The position numbers were made by a program, and so were the translations under genes. Below are positions 19,095 through 31,209 of a DNA stretch of 64,000 nucleotides, in pieces. Numbering within the stretch: position 1 is the first letter of the stretch; each line of letters opens with the position of its first letter. This DNA is from an uncultured SAR86 cluster bacterium (lineage in GTDB: Bacteria; Pseudomonadota; Gammaproteobacteria; Magnimaribacterales; D2472). Location: positions 470,674 to 534,673 of the forward strand of contig CACEAR010000001.1 in assembly GCA_902557575.1 (NCBI GenBank), read 5' to 3'. The notes beneath the pieces were generated by a model. It searched no databases, was not told the DNA's origin, and was given only the letters and a program-made list of their open reading frames with translations.

Positions 19095-20231
19095 TTAAGC
19101 CGATTGATGAACTTTAATAAGTATCTTTTTATAAATTTCTTTTAAAGTACTTAGGTCTTCAATATCGACATGTTCATCAATTTGATGGATGGTTTTATTT
19201 AGTGGTCCAAGCTCAACTATCTCTGATCCCATTGGTGCAACCCATCTTCCATCAGATGTACCACCTCCATTATCAATTTTAGTATCGATATTATTTATTT
19301 CCTTAATTGATGACTTAACAATATCTATGAATTCAGTTTTTGCAGTCAAAAATGGAAGGGCGCTAAGTGTCCAACTTACATCGTATTTAAGATCTGATTT
19401 TTTTAACAATGCCTCAAATTTTTCCTTGAGTCCGTCCGGAGATGACTCTGGTGAAAACCTAAAATTGAAAGTCATTTCCAAAACTCCGGGCACTACATTT
19501 TCAGCTCCTGTTCCAGATTTAATATTTGAAACCTGAAAACTTGTTGGTTCAAAATTTTCATTGCCGCGATCCCATTCCATATTTTTTAGTTCTTCTAATG
19601 TTTTACCTATCCCTAAGATCGGATTTAATGCTTGCTTTGGATATGCAACATGACCCTGAATACCATATACTTTAAGATTACCTGAAAGCGAACCTCTTCT
19701 TCCAATCCTTATAACATCACCAACTTTTTTTGATGAACTAGGTTCACCAATTAAACAGAAATCTATAAATTTATCTTTATCAATCATCTCATTGATCACC
19801 CTATCAACTTTCCCATTTTCTAACTTACCCTCTTCATTACTATTTAATAAAACCATAATGTTAAAAGAGGGATCTTTGTTCTCAGAAAGAAACTCTTTAA
19901 GAGCAGAGATAAAACAAGCTACACCGCCTTTCATATCAGCAGCTCCTCTTCCATAAATCTTATTATCTATAATCTCACCAGAAAAAGGTGGAACACTCCA
20001 CTCACTTTCAGGACCAGGGGGAACAACATCCGTATGACCTAAAAAACAAAAAGTTTTATTTTTTGAATCTCCATTGGTGATGATTAGGTTACTAATATTT
20101 CTATAGTTTGTTTCTTCAAAAGAAAAATCTAAACCATCAAATTGTTGCTTAATAACATCAAAGCAGCCATTGTCATTTGGACTAATGGATTCAATTTTTA
20201 TTAATTTTTTAAGAAGTTCTAAATTACTCAC
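19095..20231 (-). CDS. dapE: Succinyl-diaminopimelate desuccinylase
   Basis: GHTDVVPPG, GRGAADMKG, EEG, GEPSS, GRRGSL, GIQGHVAYP, GGTSDGR, IHQIDE. Confidence 0.95.
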   Translation of the reverse strand: MSNLELLKKLIKIESISPNDNGCFDVIKQQFDGLDFSFEETNYRNISNLIITNGDSKNKTFCFLGHTDVVPPGPESEWSVPPFSGEIIDNKIYGRGAADMKGGVACFISALKEFLSENKDPSFNIMVLLNSNEEGKLENGKVDRVINEMIDKDKFIDFCLIGEPSSSKKVGDVIRIGRRGSLSGNLKVYGIQGHVAYPKQALNPILGIGKTLEELKNMEWDRGNENFEPTSFQVSNIKSGTGAENVVPGVLEMTFNFRFSPESSPDGLKEKFEALLKKSDLKYDVSWTLSALPFLTAKTEFIDIVKSSIKEINNIDTKIDNGGGTSDGRWVAPMGSEIVELGPLNKTIHQIDEHVDIEDLSTLKEIYKKILIKVHQSA

Positions 20232-21001
20232 TAAAATCTCTCTTCATCTCTTTTAGTAAGGACATCACATCCATTTGATGTAATGGCAATTGTATGTTCC
20301 CACTGTGCTGAATTTCTTCCATCCTTTGTTTCTACCGTCCAACCATCCGAAAGTATTTTAGTATATTTTGTACCTTGATTAATCATAGGCTCAATAGTAA
20401 AACACATTCCTTCTACAAGCTCGATTCCTGTGCCTGGTTTTCCAAAATGCAACACTTGAGGATCTTCATGATAGACCTTACCAATTCCATGACCACAATA
20501 GTCCTCAACAACGCTATAGTGATTCTTTTCAGCGTGAGACTGAATAACATGGCCTATGTCGCCTAGGGTGATACCAGGTTTTGCAATTTCAATAGCTTTG
20601 TACAAACATTCTTGAGTGACTGAGACTAATTTCTCATTGTGAGGTTGTGTCTTACCAACTAAAAACATTTTTGAGGTATCTCCATACCAACCATCTTTAA
20701 GGACTGTAACATCAATATTTACAATATCGTTGTCTTTGAGGATTTTGTTTTGATTAGGTATGCCATGACAAATAACTTGATTAACGCTTATGCATGATGT
20801 TTTTTCATAGCCGTTGTAACCAATATTAGCAGGAATCGCTTTTTGCTCATTAACAATAAAGTCATGACAAATATCATCTAGTTCCCCTGTTGATATTCCA
20901 GGTTTAACATGTTCAGTAATCATATTGAGGACATTTGCAGCAAGTTGACCAGCACTTCTGAGTTTTTCTATATCATTTTTATTTTTTATTGAAATATTCA
21001 T
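20231..21001 (-). CDS. map: Methionine aminopeptidase type I
   Basis: CISVNQVICHGIP, DVTV..DGWYGDTS, CGHGIG, FTIEPMIN, SAQWEHT. Confidence 0.98.
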   Translation of the reverse strand: MNISIKNKNDIEKLRSAGQLAANVLNMITEHVKPGISTGELDDICHDFIVNEQKAIPANIGYNGYEKTSCISVNQVICHGIPNQNKILKDNDIVNIDVTVLKDGWYGDTSKMFLVGKTQPHNEKLVSVTQECLYKAIEIAKPGITLGDIGHVIQSHAEKNHYSVVEDYCGHGIGKVYHEDPQVLHFGKPGTGIELVEGMCFTIEPMINQGTKYTKILSDGWTVETKDGRNSAQWEHTIAITSNGCDVLTKRDEERF

Positions 21002-21156
21002 TATTTTTGAGGCATATCTATAGACTAATTTTAATTAACCTTGTAAAGTACAATTTTAATGCCAGCATGTAATTTTAGCTCATTAAAATCCCCAAAAAAA
21101 ATATTTTTTTATCCTATTTTTTTCTGTCAATTCTTCTCAATAAGGAGTAAATCATA

Positions 21157-22281
21157 GTGTCTTTTCCATGCATCTTAGCACTTGAAGATGGAAGCACATT
21201 TGTTGGTCATGGTATTGGAGCTAAAAAAGTGGCAATTGGCGAAATTGTTTTCAATACTTCCATGAGTGGCTATCAAGAAATAATAACTGATCCATCTTAT
21301 TGCAAACAGATTATTACATTTACCCATCCTCATATAGGCAATACAGGTATTAATTCTGAAGATAATGAATCAGATAATATATATGCTGAAGGAGTCGTTA
21401 TAAGAAATTATATCTCTCAGCCAAGCAACTATAGATCTGAAGAAAATCTTGATGATTTCTTGGCAAGAAATAATTCTATTGGGATTTTTGGAATAGATAC
21501 TAGACAACTAACAATTATTTTAAGAGAAAAAGGCTCATTGAAAGCATGCATCAGTCCGATAGATGAAAATAATGAACAATCAGCAATATCTTTAGCAAAA
21601 AGCTTTGATGGTCTTGAGGGAATGGATTTAGCCAAAGAAGTAACAACTAAAAGTTTATATTCTTGGAACGAAGGAGTCTGGCCTGATTTTAAGGAGTCAA
21701 AAAGCAAGCTGCATATAGTTGCATATGACTATGGAATTAAAAAGAATATTTTAAGACTTCTCTCTGAGCATGTTGGTAAAGTAACAGTTGTAAATGCAAG
21801 ATGCTCTTTTGATGAGGTTCTAAAGATGAATCCAGATGGCATCTTTTTATCAAATGGACCTGGCGATCCAGAGCCCTGCGATTATGCTATCGAAAATATT
21901 AAAAGGGCGCTCAATGAAAATATTCCCATATTTGGAATCTGCCTAGGTCACCAACTATTAGCACTTGCGGGGGGAGCAAAGACTGAAAAAATGAAATTTG
22001 GTCATCATGGGGCAAATCATCCTGTTCAATCTTTAAACTCTAGGGAAGTATTCATAACAAGTCAAAATCATGGCTTTGCTGTGAATGAGGATTCATTGCC
22101 AAATAATATTGAGATTTCTCATGTATCACTTTTTGATCAATCGATTCAGGGTATTTCATTTAAAGATAGGCCTGCATTTAGTTTTCAAGGACACCCTGAA
22201 GCAAGTCCAGGTCCACAAGATATAGTTAGTTTATTTAAGCAATATAAAGAAATGATAGATAAAAATGCCAAAAAGAAATGA
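21157..22281 (+). CDS. carA: Carbamoyl-phosphate synthase small subunit
   Basis: [38 protein letters not shown]; GTG start with SD TAAGGAG. Confidence 0.98.
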   Translation: MSFPCILALEDGSTFVGHGIGAKKVAIGEIVFNTSMSGYQEIITDPSYCKQIITFTHPHIGNTGINSEDNESDNIYAEGVVIRNYISQPSNYRSEENLDDFLARNNSIGIFGIDTRQLTIILREKGSLKACISPIDENNEQSAISLAKSFDGLEGMDLAKEVTTKSLYSWNEGVWPDFKESKSKLHIVAYDYGIKKNILRLLSEHVGKVTVVNARCSFDEVLKMNPDGIFLSNGPGDPEPCDYAIENIKRALNENIPIFGICLGHQLLALAGGAKTEKMKFGHHGANHPVQSLNSREVFITSQNHGFAVNEDSLPNNIEISHVSLFDQSIQGISFKDRPAFSFQGHPEASPGPQDIVSLFKQYKEMIDKNAKKK

Positions 22282-25200
22282 CATTAAATCAGTAATGATA
22301 ATTGGTGCAGGGCCTATTATTATCGGTCAGGCATGTGAATTTGATTATTCTGGAGCCCAGGCATGTAAAGCATTAAAAGAAGAGGGCTATAGAGTAATTT
22401 TAGTCAACTCAAACCCAGCTACAATTATGACTGATCCATTGCTTGCTGATGCTACTTATATTGAACCAATTCACTGGGAGTCAGTTGCCAAGATAATAGA
22501 GAAGGAAAGACCAGATGCACTTCTCCCAACCATGGGAGGACAGACAGGTTTAAATACTGCTCTTTCATTGGCAAGGGAAGGAATCTTAAAAAAATATAAT
22601 GTTGAATTAATAGGTGCCTCAAGGGAGGCAATTGACAAAGCTGAAGATAGACAGCTTTTTGATCAGACTATGAAGAAAATAGATTTGGAAACGCCTCAAT
22701 CAGGCATTGCACACTCTATGGAGGATGCATTAGAGGTTCAAAAAGAGATTGGATTTCCATGCATTATAAGACCTTCGTTTACTCTTGGCGGGTCTGGAGG
22801 TGGAGTTGCATACAATATAGAAGAATTTAAAACAATCTGTGAGAAAGGATTAGATTTATCTCCAACAAATGAACTATTAATAGATGAGTCTCTTTTAGGC
22901 TGGAAAGAATATGAAATGGAGGTTGTAAGAGATAAAAGTGATAACTGCATTATTATCTGCTCTATTGAGAACTTTGATCCAATGGGTGTTCATACTGGAG
23001 ACTCAATAACGATAGCACCTGCACAAACTTTAACAGATAAGGAATTCCAAATCATGCGTAATGCCTCTTTTAAAATTTTAAGAGAAATAGGCGTGGAAAC
23101 TGGTGGTTCAAATGTTCAATTTGCCATAAATCCAGTTGACGGTCGAATGGTTGTCATAGAAATGAACCCCAGAGTAAGTAGATCTTCTGCTTTAGCCTCA
23201 AAAGCAACTGGATTCCCTATTGCAAAAGTTGCAGCACTTTTGTCTATTGGATATACCCTTGATGAGCTTAAAAACGATATAACCTCAGGATTAACTCCCG
23301 CATCATTTGAGCCTTCAATTGATTACATTGTGACAAAAATACCAAAGTTTGCGTTTGAAAAGTTTCCACAAGCTGAACCAAGACTTTCTACACAGATGAA
23401 ATCCGTTGGTGAAGTTATGTCAATTGGCTCAAATTTTCAGGAGTCTCTTCAAAAAGCCATTTGCAGTATGGAGGATGACAAATGTGGGCTAGAAAAAATT
23501 CTTGATGATAGTGAGTTAATTAATGAGAAGCTTGGATTTGAGTTAACTTTTCCAGGACCTGAAAGGCTTTTTTATATAGCAGATGCATTCAGATGCGGAT
23601 GGTCTCTTGAAAAGATTTTCGATCTAACATCTATAGATCCTTGGTTTTTGAGACAAATTGAAGATTTAGTTTCTGAAGAAAATGCAATTGAAGGCTCTAA
23701 GCTTGAAAACTTATCAAAGGAGAATTTCATAAGGCTAAAGACTAAAGGATTTAGTGATCAAAGAATTGCAAATTTACTTGACGAAAGCTATGAAGAAGTA
23801 AGATCAAAGAGGAAGTCGCAGAATATATTGCCTTCTTATAAGCGTGTTGATACTTGCGCTGCAGAGTTTAAAACTTCAACATGTTATATGTACTCAACTT
23901 ATGAAGGTATTTGTGAGAGTGAGCCAACTTCGAAAAAGAAAATATTAGTCCTCGGTAGTGGCCCCAACAGGATAGGTCAAGGCATTGAATTTGACTATTG
24001 TTGTGTACATGCATCTCTAGCGATGCAGGATGAAGGTTTCGAATCAATTATGGTTAATTGTAACCCTGAAACCGTCTCAACAGATTATGATGTTTCAAAT
24101 AGACTTTACTTTGAGCCAATAACCTCTGAAAAAATTTTAGATATTATTGACTTAGAAAAACCCGACGGAGTCATTATTCAATTTGGCGGTCAAACTCCTC
24201 TAAAACTTTCAAATGATCTTGAGAACTATGGTGTAAATATCCTTGGAACAGAGCCTGATGCAATTGACAGGTCAGAAGATAGAAAAAGGTTCCAAGAAAT
24301 TATAAGTAAGCTTGATCTTCTTCAACCAAAGAATGCAACTGTATCGAGTTTAAAAGAAGCGCTTAACAAATCAGATGAAATTGGCTTCCCGATTGTTGTA
24401 AGACCTTCATATGTTTTAGGCGGAAGGGCTATGGAGCTTGTAAATAATAAAGATGAGCTAGGCATATATATTTCCGATGCAGTGCAAGCCTCTAATGAAC
24501 GACCAATACTTTTAGATCATTATCTTGATAATGCAATTGAGGTTGATGTAGATGTTGTTTCAGATGGCAAGGAGATCGTAATTGGTGGAATACTCCAACA
24601 CATTGAACAAGCTGGAATTCATTCAGGTGATTCAGCTTGCTCTCTGCCACCTTATTCTCTGAGTGAGGAAATAATTAAAAAGCTAGAGCTTCAATCTAAA
24701 AAGTTAGCAGAAGAGCTGAATGTTATTGGTCTGATGAATGTTCAATTTGCAATTAAAGATAATGAAGTTTTCATTCTTGAAGTAAATCCCAGAGCATCTA
24801 GAACTGTTCCCTTTATTTCAAAATGTATTGGTAATTCTCTAGTAAAAGTTGCTGCAAAAACAATGGTTGGAAAGAGCTTAAAAGAACTAGGATTTTCAAA
24901 TAAGCTACCTGAAAATATGTTTTTTGTTAAAGAAGCTGTGCTTCCATTTGATAAGTTTCCTAACGTAGATCCAATTCTAGGGCCCGAAATGAAATCTACT
25001 GGAGAGGTAATGGGCATTGGAAGAAATTTTGGTGAAGCATACGGAAAAGCACAAAAAGCTGCTAATAAAGTTCTCAGAAGAAAAGGAAAGATTTTTATAA
25101 GCGTGAAAGAAGATGATAAGAAATACCTAGATTCAATAGTAGAAAAAATAATTAGTTTTGGTTTTGAAATTATTGCTACTAAAGGGACTGCAAAATATAT

Positions 25201-25471
25201 AAAAAAATTAGGTTTTGGTGTTCAGGAGATTAATAAGGTTGCTGAGGGAAGGCCACATATAGTTGACGAGCTTGTTAATGATCAAGTTTGTCTCGTTATT
25301 AATACAACTGAAGGAAGACAGTCTATAAAAGATTCTGCATCTATAAGGCAGACAGCTTTAAGAAAAAAGATATTATGTACAACGACAATGTTCGGAGCAG
25401 ATGCTCTGGTTAAGGCATTAGAAAACAAAGAAGAGGACTGGGAGTTCAGCTCATTACAAGAAATTAACTAA
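22265..25471 (+). CDS. carB: Carbamoyl-phosphate synthase large subunit
   Basis: [17 protein letters not shown], duplicated ATP-grasp domains, MGS-like C-terminus. Confidence 0.99.
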   Translation: MPKRNDIKSVMIIGAGPIIIGQACEFDYSGAQACKALKEEGYRVILVNSNPATIMTDPLLADATYIEPIHWESVAKIIEKERPDALLPTMGGQTGLNTALSLAREGILKKYNVELIGASREAIDKAEDRQLFDQTMKKIDLETPQSGIAHSMEDALEVQKEIGFPCIIRPSFTLGGSGGGVAYNIEEFKTICEKGLDLSPTNELLIDESLLGWKEYEMEVVRDKSDNCIIICSIENFDPMGVHTGDSITIAPAQTLTDKEFQIMRNASFKILREIGVETGGSNVQFAINPVDGRMVVIEMNPRVSRSSALASKATGFPIAKVAALLSIGYTLDELKNDITSGLTPASFEPSIDYIVTKIPKFAFEKFPQAEPRLSTQMKSVGEVMSIGSNFQESLQKAICSMEDDKCGLEKILDDSELINEKLGFELTFPGPERLFYIADAFRCGWSLEKIFDLTSIDPWFLRQIEDLVSEENAIEGSKLENLSKENFIRLKTKGFSDQRIANLLDESYEEVRSKRKSQNILPSYKRVDTCAAEFKTSTCYMYSTYEGICESEPTSKKKILVLGSGPNRIGQGIEFDYCCVHASLAMQDEGFESIMVNCNPETVSTDYDVSNRLYFEPITSEKILDIIDLEKPDGVIIQFGGQTPLKLSNDLENYGVNILGTEPDAIDRSEDRKRFQEIISKLDLLQPKNATVSSLKEALNKSDEIGFPIVVRPSYVLGGRAMELVNNKDELGIYISDAVQASNERPILLDHYLDNAIEVDVDVVSDGKEIVIGGILQHIEQAGIHSGDSACSLPPYSLSEEIIKKLELQSKKLAEELNVIGLMNVQFAIKDNEVFILEVNPRASRTVPFISKCIGNSLVKVAAKTMVGKSLKELGFSNKLPENMFFVKEAVLPFDKFPNVDPILGPEMKSTGEVMGIGRNFGEAYGKAQKAANKVLRRKGKIFISVKEDDKKYLDSIVEKIISFGFEIIATKGTAKYIKKLGFGVQEINKVAEGRPHIVDELVNDQVCLVINTTEGRQSIKDSASIRQTALRKKILCTTTMFGADALVKALENKEEDWEFSSLQEIN

Positions 25472-25482
25472 TCACCACAAGT

Positions 25483-25491
25483 TGATATAAT
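25483..25491 (+). promoter_or_regulatory. Extended -10 promoter (TGaTATAAT) 6 nt before greA ATG
   Basis: Perfect TGn-TATAAT, ATG at 25498, no SD. Confidence 0.6.
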
Positions 25492-25497
25492 TAGTTT

Positions 25498-25974
25498 ATG
25501 TCAAAGGTACCACTTACAAAAGAGGGAGAAATAATCCTCAAAGAAAGACTAACAAAGCTAAAGTTTGTTGATAGGCCTCAGATTTCAGAGGCAATTGCTG
25601 AGGCTAGAGCGCATGGGGATTTAAAAGAAAACGCTGAATATCATGCAGCAAAGGAGCAACAGGGATTAACTGAGGCTAAAATTAATGAGCTTGAGCATGC
25701 ATTGTCAAATGCTCAGGTAATTGATGTTAAAGAACTTCCTAAGACTGGAAAAGTTGTTTTCGGAGCAACTATAAAGCTCTATAACTTAGATACTCATGAG
25801 ACAACCTCTTATCGAATTGTAGGAAACCTTGAATCAGATCCTGCAAATGGCATGATCTCAATTGATACGCCTATTGGTAGGGGCTTAATAGGTAAGTCTA
25901 TCGGTGATGAAGTCAACATTGAAACACCATCTGGAAAGCTCAATTTTGAGATAGAGGAAGTAGAGCATATTTAA
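25498..25974 (+). CDS. greA: Transcription elongation factor GreA
   Basis: AEARAHGDLKENAEYHAAKE, ISIDTPIGRGLIGK. Confidence 0.98.
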   Translation: MSKVPLTKEGEIILKERLTKLKFVDRPQISEAIAEARAHGDLKENAEYHAAKEQQGLTEAKINELEHALSNAQVIDVKELPKTGKVVFGATIKLYNLDTHETTSYRIVGNLESDPANGMISIDTPIGRGLIGKSIGDEVNIETPSGKLNFEIEEVEHI

Positions 25975-25977
25975 TTC

Positions 25978-26541
25978 ATGCATGCTGATAATTGGGCTCA
26001 AAAAGCAAAATCTTTAGGATACAGATCAAGAGCTGTATTCAAGTTAATTCAAATAACTGAAAAAATAAAACAAATTAAAAATCCAAATCTAATTCTTGAT
26101 ATTGGAGCTGCTCCAGGTGGATGGTCTCATTATTTAGCAAATAAATATCCAAGCGCAGAAATATTTGCAATAGACATTCTAGAAATGGAACAAATTAAAG
26201 GAGTGAAGTTTATACAGGAAGATTTAAGAAATATTGAAAAAATAGATCAACTAAGCAGTTTAAAAAATAAATTTAATCTTGTGATTTCTGATTTAGCCCC
26301 AAATTTAAGTGGTATAAGCAGTATTGATGAAGAAAATATTCTTGAGCTTAATTTGCTTACTTTAGAGGGAGCAATTAGATTTTTAGATAGCAACGGTGTA
26401 TTTATTGTTAAAACCTTTCAAAACTCAAATCTAAGGAAATTTAGGAAAGAAATGGAAAAAAATTTAAAAATAGTTCAAACTGCTAAACCCGCTGCTTCCA
26501 AGAAGCAGTCAAAAGAGATATATTTATACGGTATTAAGTAA
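25978..26541 (+). CDS. rlmE: 23S rRNA Um2552 methyltransferase (N-terminally short)
   Basis: [37 protein letters not shown]. Confidence 0.93.
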   Translation: MHADNWAQKAKSLGYRSRAVFKLIQITEKIKQIKNPNLILDIGAAPGGWSHYLANKYPSAEIFAIDILEMEQIKGVKFIQEDLRNIEKIDQLSSLKNKFNLVISDLAPNLSGISSIDEENILELNLLTLEGAIRFLDSNGVFIVKTFQNSNLRKFRKEMEKNLKIVQTAKPAASKKQSKEIYLYGIK

Positions 26542-26543
26542 TT

Positions 26544-28454
26544 ATGAATGATTTTTTAAAAAATATTTTTGTATGGCTGGTTTTAGGCTCTATTATTTTT
26601 TTAGTATTTAACAATGTTGAACCAACATCGCCAAGAGAAGCTATATCTTACAGTCAATTTAAGCAGGAAGTTCTCTCAGACAGAGTATCTGAGGTAACTT
26701 ATAAAGGTGACCAAATGACAATTTTTGGTCAGAGATTAGATGGTTCCAAATTTAAAACTAATCATCCTATTTATAAGTCTGATCCTGTTTTAGATGCTGC
26801 CCTTCAGGAAAATGGCGTAATCACCTCGTATGAAGAAGTTGAACAGCCATCGGTATGGTCACAATTATTAGTTGGGGCATTCCCAATATTACTCTTACTT
26901 GCGATATTTTTCTTTTTCATGAGGCAAATGCAAGGAAGCATGTCCGGAAGAGGCGGACCAATGTCTTTTGGAAAAAGTAAAGCTAAATTAATGGAAGGTG
27001 GAAAAGTTAAGACCACATTCAAAGATGTCGCTGGTTGTGAGGAAGCAAAACAAGATGTTCAGGAGCTAGTAGATTATTTAAAAGACCCAACACGATTCCA
27101 AAAAGTTGGTGGAAAGATACCAAGAGGTGTCTTGATGGTGGGCCCTCCAGGTACTGGTAAGACTCTTCTTGCAAGAGCTACTGCAGGTGAGGCCAGAGTA
27201 CCTTTCTTTAGTATTTCCGGTTCTGATTTTGTTGAAATGTTCGTTGGTGTTGGCGCCTCAAGAGTAAGGGATATGTTTGATCAAGCAAAAAAGAATTCTC
27301 CATGTATTGTCTTCATTGATGAAATTGATGCCGTTGGAAGGCATAGAGGAGCAGGTCTTGGTGGAGGACATGATGAGAGAGAGCAGACCTTAAATCAGCT
27401 TCTTGTCGAAATGGATGGTTTTGAGGCTAATGACGGAATTATCATAGTTGCAGCAACAAATAGACCAGATGTTCTTGATCCAGCACTACTGAGGCCAGGA
27501 AGATTTGATAGACAGGTTGTTGTTGACATGCCAGATATTAGAGGAAGAGAACAAATCTTAAAAGTTCATGTTCGAAAAGTCCCTCTTGATAAAAATGTTG
27601 ACCTTAGAGCAATTGCCAGAGGAACTCCGGGGTTCTCTGGTGCTGATTTAGCAAATCTAATTAACGAAGCAGCCTTATTTGCGGCAAGATATGGCGATAA
27701 AAAAGTTGAGCAATCTCACTTAGATCTTGCTAAAGATAAAATCATGATGGGTCCTGAAAGGAAATCAATGATTCTAACCGAAGAACAAAAACGCTTAACT
27801 GCATATCACGAAGCAGGACACGCTATTGTTGGAAGAATTGTCCCTGAACATGATCCAGTTTATAAAGTAACAATCATTCCGCGTGGTAGAGCACTAGGAG
27901 TTACCATGTTCCTTCCTGAAGATGATAAATATATGCAAAGTAAAGAGTATCTTTTAAGCAGAATATGCACTCTTTATGGCGGTAGAATAGCTGAACAGCT
28001 CATTAATGGGGAGAGAAATATAACTACAGGAGCTTCAAACGATATAGAAGTTGCGACAGGAATTGCTACTAACATGGTTACCAAATGGGGACTTTCTGAC
28101 AAGGTTGGGCCTCTTAAGTTTGGAGAAGATGATTCAAGCCCATTTTTGGGTAGATCTGCATCTCAATCATCAAAGACTTACAGTGATGAGACCTCGAAAC
28201 TCATTGATAGTGAGATAAAAGACATAATTAATTCTTGCTATGAGAGGGCTGAAACTATTTTGAAGGATAATATGGATAAACTTCATACAATGGCAGAGGC
28301 ACTTTTAAAATATGAGACAATCGATCAGCATCAAATCGATGACATCATGAGTGGTGCAGAGCCTAGGGAGCCGAGTGATTGGAATAATGACGATGAGCCT
28401 CCTAAAAAGAGTACAAAAGAATCTTCAATAAAAGGACCAGCAGAAGAGTTATAA
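26544..28454 (+). CDS. ftsH: ATP-dependent zinc metalloprotease FtsH
   Basis: Two TM segments, [21 protein letters not shown]. Confidence 0.99.
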   Translation: MNDFLKNIFVWLVLGSIIFLVFNNVEPTSPREAISYSQFKQEVLSDRVSEVTYKGDQMTIFGQRLDGSKFKTNHPIYKSDPVLDAALQENGVITSYEEVEQPSVWSQLLVGAFPILLLLAIFFFFMRQMQGSMSGRGGPMSFGKSKAKLMEGGKVKTTFKDVAGCEEAKQDVQELVDYLKDPTRFQKVGGKIPRGVLMVGPPGTGKTLLARATAGEARVPFFSISGSDFVEMFVGVGASRVRDMFDQAKKNSPCIVFIDEIDAVGRHRGAGLGGGHDEREQTLNQLLVEMDGFEANDGIIIVAATNRPDVLDPALLRPGRFDRQVVVDMPDIRGREQILKVHVRKVPLDKNVDLRAIARGTPGFSGADLANLINEAALFAARYGDKKVEQSHLDLAKDKIMMGPERKSMILTEEQKRLTAYHEAGHAIVGRIVPEHDPVYKVTIIPRGRALGVTMFLPEDDKYMQSKEYLLSRICTLYGGRIAEQLINGERNITTGASNDIEVATGIATNMVTKWGLSDKVGPLKFGEDDSSPFLGRSASQSSKTYSDETSKLIDSEIKDIINSCYERAETILKDNMDKLHTMAEALLKYETIDQHQIDDIMSGAEPREPSDWNNDDEPPKKSTKESSIKGPAEEL

Positions 28455-28461
28455 TAGATCT

Positions 28462-29787
28462 ATGAATCTTAAATTTGGTACCGACGGAATTAGGGGGCCT
28501 GTCGAAACTAAAGTGACTCCTGAAGCATGCCTTCGCATCGGTCATGCAGCTGGTATTGTTTTTAAGGAACTTGGCTGGGATACTGTATTAATTGGAAAAG
28601 ATACCAGGGTATCAGGTTATATGCTTGAAGCTGCACTTCAAGCAGGATTCTTGTCTGTAGGGATGAATGTAAGACTTCTGGGCCCATTGCCAACACCAGG
28701 CGTTGCATATTTAACTAAATCTTTTAGAAACCAGTGTGGCGTTGTAATAAGTGCGTCTCATAATGATTATCAAGATAATGGAATTAAGATTTTTGATAAT
28801 GGTGGCGTAAAAATCGATAGAAAAATTGAGATGATGATCGAAAATATTTTAAGTGAGAAAATTACTTCATTACCATCAGTAGAAATTGGAAAAGCTAAAA
28901 GATTTGATGAATCCGGACCAAGGTATGTTGAATTTTGTAAATCAACAGTTCCCGATGAGATTAGTTTTACTGACTTAAGAATTGTCCTTGATTGTGCAAA
29001 TGGAGCATCTTATAAGGTTTCTCCAGATGTTTTTCGTGAGTTAGGGGCTGAGACAATTGTTGTTGGTGATCAGCCCGATGGATTCAATATTAATCAAAAT
29101 TGTGGCTCAACAAATCCTGAGCTTGTTCAAAAACTTGTTAAAGAACATAGAGCTGACTTTGGAGTGTCACTGGATGGTGATGCTGATAGAGTAACCATTG
29201 TAGACAGAGAATCAAATATTTTAGATGGTGATGACATTCTCTACATATTAGGTTTTGCCAATCCTAACAGACTAGGCCCATGGTCAGGCATAGTTGGAAC
29301 TCAAATGTCTAATGTTGGATTAGAACATGGCCTTAATAAACTTGGATATACATTCAAAAGAGCGGATGTTGGCGATAAATATGTTTCAGATTTATTATCA
29401 AAAGAGGGTTGGCTCCTTGGGGGAGAACCTTCCGGACATATTATCTGCAGAGACCTTGTCAGCACAGGTGACGGAACTATAGCAGCTTTAAAAACAATTA
29501 GTTCACTAGTTATGCTTGAGAAAGATCCAAAAGATGTTCTTTCTAATTTCAATAAAATTCCTCAAATAAACGAATCCATAAGCGTTATAAACAAAGATAT
29601 TGTCAGTGATGCCGAAGTAAAAACAGCCATAAATGATATCAAGTCAGATTTAACAATTAATAGAATTCTTGTTAGGCCATCAGGTACTGAAAATAAGATT
29701 AGAATAATGATTGAATCTGAAAACAAAAAAACAGCCAAAAAATATACAAATGATCTCATTAAGCTATTTGAGTCTAAAACTCCGTAA
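28462..29787 (+). CDS. glmM: Phosphoglucosamine mutase
   Basis: FGTDGIRG, ISASHN, DGDADR, GGEPSGH, RPSGTE. Confidence 0.97.
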   Translation: MNLKFGTDGIRGPVETKVTPEACLRIGHAAGIVFKELGWDTVLIGKDTRVSGYMLEAALQAGFLSVGMNVRLLGPLPTPGVAYLTKSFRNQCGVVISASHNDYQDNGIKIFDNGGVKIDRKIEMMIENILSEKITSLPSVEIGKAKRFDESGPRYVEFCKSTVPDEISFTDLRIVLDCANGASYKVSPDVFRELGAETIVVGDQPDGFNINQNCGSTNPELVQKLVKEHRADFGVSLDGDADRVTIVDRESNILDGDDILYILGFANPNRLGPWSGIVGTQMSNVGLEHGLNKLGYTFKRADVGDKYVSDLLSKEGWLLGGEPSGHIICRDLVSTGDGTIAALKTISSLVMLEKDPKDVLSNFNKIPQINESISVINKDIVSDAEVKTAINDIKSDLTINRILVRPSGTENKIRIMIESENKKTAKKYTNDLIKLFESKTP

Positions 29788-29802
29788 TATACCCTTAATA
29801 AA

Positions 29803-30570
29803 ATGTCACACCCTCTAGTTATTGCAAATTGGAAGATGAATATACCCTCTGGAGGCATTTCAGGCTGGATCCAAAGTGAGATGGTGTCCAAAAATGAAGA
29901 AGAGGATTTTGATAACAAATCTTCCCACTTTAAGTTTATGGGAATTGCCCCTCCAATTTCTCACTTAACTGAACTCAAAAACCTTTTTAAATTTGGGCTT
30001 CTTGGCGCACAAGATATTTCTAGATTTAATGATGGCGCTAAAACGGGAGATATAAGTGCTGATATGGTGATTGACAAAGGCTGCACATTTTCAATTTTAG
30101 GTCACTCAGAAAGAAGAGAGTTTTATAATGAAACAAATAGCCATGTTTCTGAAAAGCTAAGAATATGTCTCGAGAAGAATATTGTGCCAGTTGTCTGTAT
30201 TGGTGAATCTCTTGAAGACTATAATGCAGGTAAAACTCTTGAAGTGCTGGATATGCAACTAAAAGAGATATTTGCATCAATATCTACTAAAAAGACTGTT
30301 GTAATAGCTTATGAGCCAGTTTGGGCTATTGGTTCAGGAAAGACACCTACTGTAGATGAGGTGAATAATATTCACCAACATATTAAAGATATAGTACAAT
30401 CCATCGCTGAAATTGAAGCTATTAGTGTTATTTATGGCGGCAGTGTAAATTGTGAAAATGCTAAAAGTTTTTTTCAACAAACAAATATTGATGGTGCTTT
30501 AATAGGTGGAGCCTCATTGAATGGAAAAGATTTTTTAGATATTTATAATGATTTTTTGGAGACTTTTTAA
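29803..30570 (+). CDS. tpiA: Triosephosphate isomerase
   Basis: IANWKMN, GHSERR, AYEPVWAIGSG, YGGSV, LIGGASL. Confidence 0.97.
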   Translation: MSHPLVIANWKMNIPSGGISGWIQSEMVSKNEEEDFDNKSSHFKFMGIAPPISHLTELKNLFKFGLLGAQDISRFNDGAKTGDISADMVIDKGCTFSILGHSERREFYNETNSHVSEKLRICLEKNIVPVVCIGESLEDYNAGKTLEVLDMQLKEIFASISTKKTVVIAYEPVWAIGSGKTPTVDEVNNIHQHIKDIVQSIAEIEAISVIYGGSVNCENAKSFFQQTNIDGALIGGASLNGKDFLDIYNDFLETF

Positions 30571-30573
30571 AAG

Positions 30574-30888
30574 ATGATTTTATTTGTACAAATTCTTTGT
30601 ATTATTCTGGCAGTTTTGCTTGTAATTCTTGTAATACTTCAACAGGGTAAAGGTTCTGACCTTGGATCAGCATTTGGTGGCGGATCTTCTAACTCAATGT
30701 TTGGTGCCCTTGGACCTTCCAACCTTCTTGGAAGGTTGACATGGATTGTTGGCTCACTTTTCTTAATTCTTGCAATGACTCAAGCTGTTCTCCTAAAAAA
30801 CTTAAACACGCAAGATAACTTAAACTTTCCAGAACAGGAAATTGTCCTAGAAGAAATAGACGAATTAGATTCACTTCCAACAGAATAA
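30574..30888 (+). CDS. secG: Preprotein translocase subunit SecG
   Basis: LQQGKGSDLGSAFGGG, two TM helices, follows tpiA. Confidence 0.95.
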   Translation: MILFVQILCIILAVLLVILVILQQGKGSDLGSAFGGGSSNSMFGALGPSNLLGRLTWIVGSLFLILAMTQAVLLKNLNTQDNLNFPEQEIVLEEIDELDSLPTE

Positions 30889-30891
30889 AGT

Positions 30892-30978
30892 TGGTGCCGA
30901 AGGCGGGACTTGAACCCGCACGAGCATTAGCTCACTACCCCCTCAAGATAGCGTGTCTACCAATTCCACCACTTCGGC
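30892..30978 (-). tRNA. tRNA-Leu(GAG), 87 nt, encoded CCA
   Basis: GCCGAAG/CTTCGGC acceptor, anticodon arm CTATC-TTGAGGG-GGTAG, long variable arm, GGTTCAAGTCC T loop. Confidence 0.97.
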
Positions 30979-31034
30979 TTTAAAAAAAACATATCATAAC
31001 TCAAAATATTTAAATAAAAAAAATTTGATATGCC

Positions 31035-31064
31035 TTGACCAACTGGCTATCATTTCTATAAACT
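31035..31064 (+). promoter_or_regulatory. sigma70 promoter for tRNA-fMet/rimP-nusA-infB operon
   Basis: TTGACC (31035-40) and TAAACT (31059-64), 18-nt spacer, 15 nt before the tRNA. Confidence 0.6.
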
Positions 31065-31079
31065 TCACTTTCGCTGCGT

Positions 31080-31156
<77 letters not shown>

Positions 31157-31176
31157 GTCAAAAATTAGGATTTTTG

Positions 31177-31198
31177 ATGGGGCATATGCCCTGTTTTT
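31177..31198 (+). terminator. Intrinsic terminator/attenuator between tRNA-fMet and rimP
   Basis: GGGGC-ATAT-GCCCT hairpin followed by GTTTTT; same position as the terminator after metY in enterobacteria. Confidence 0.6.
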
Positions 31199-31209
31199 GT
31201 ATATGGAAT

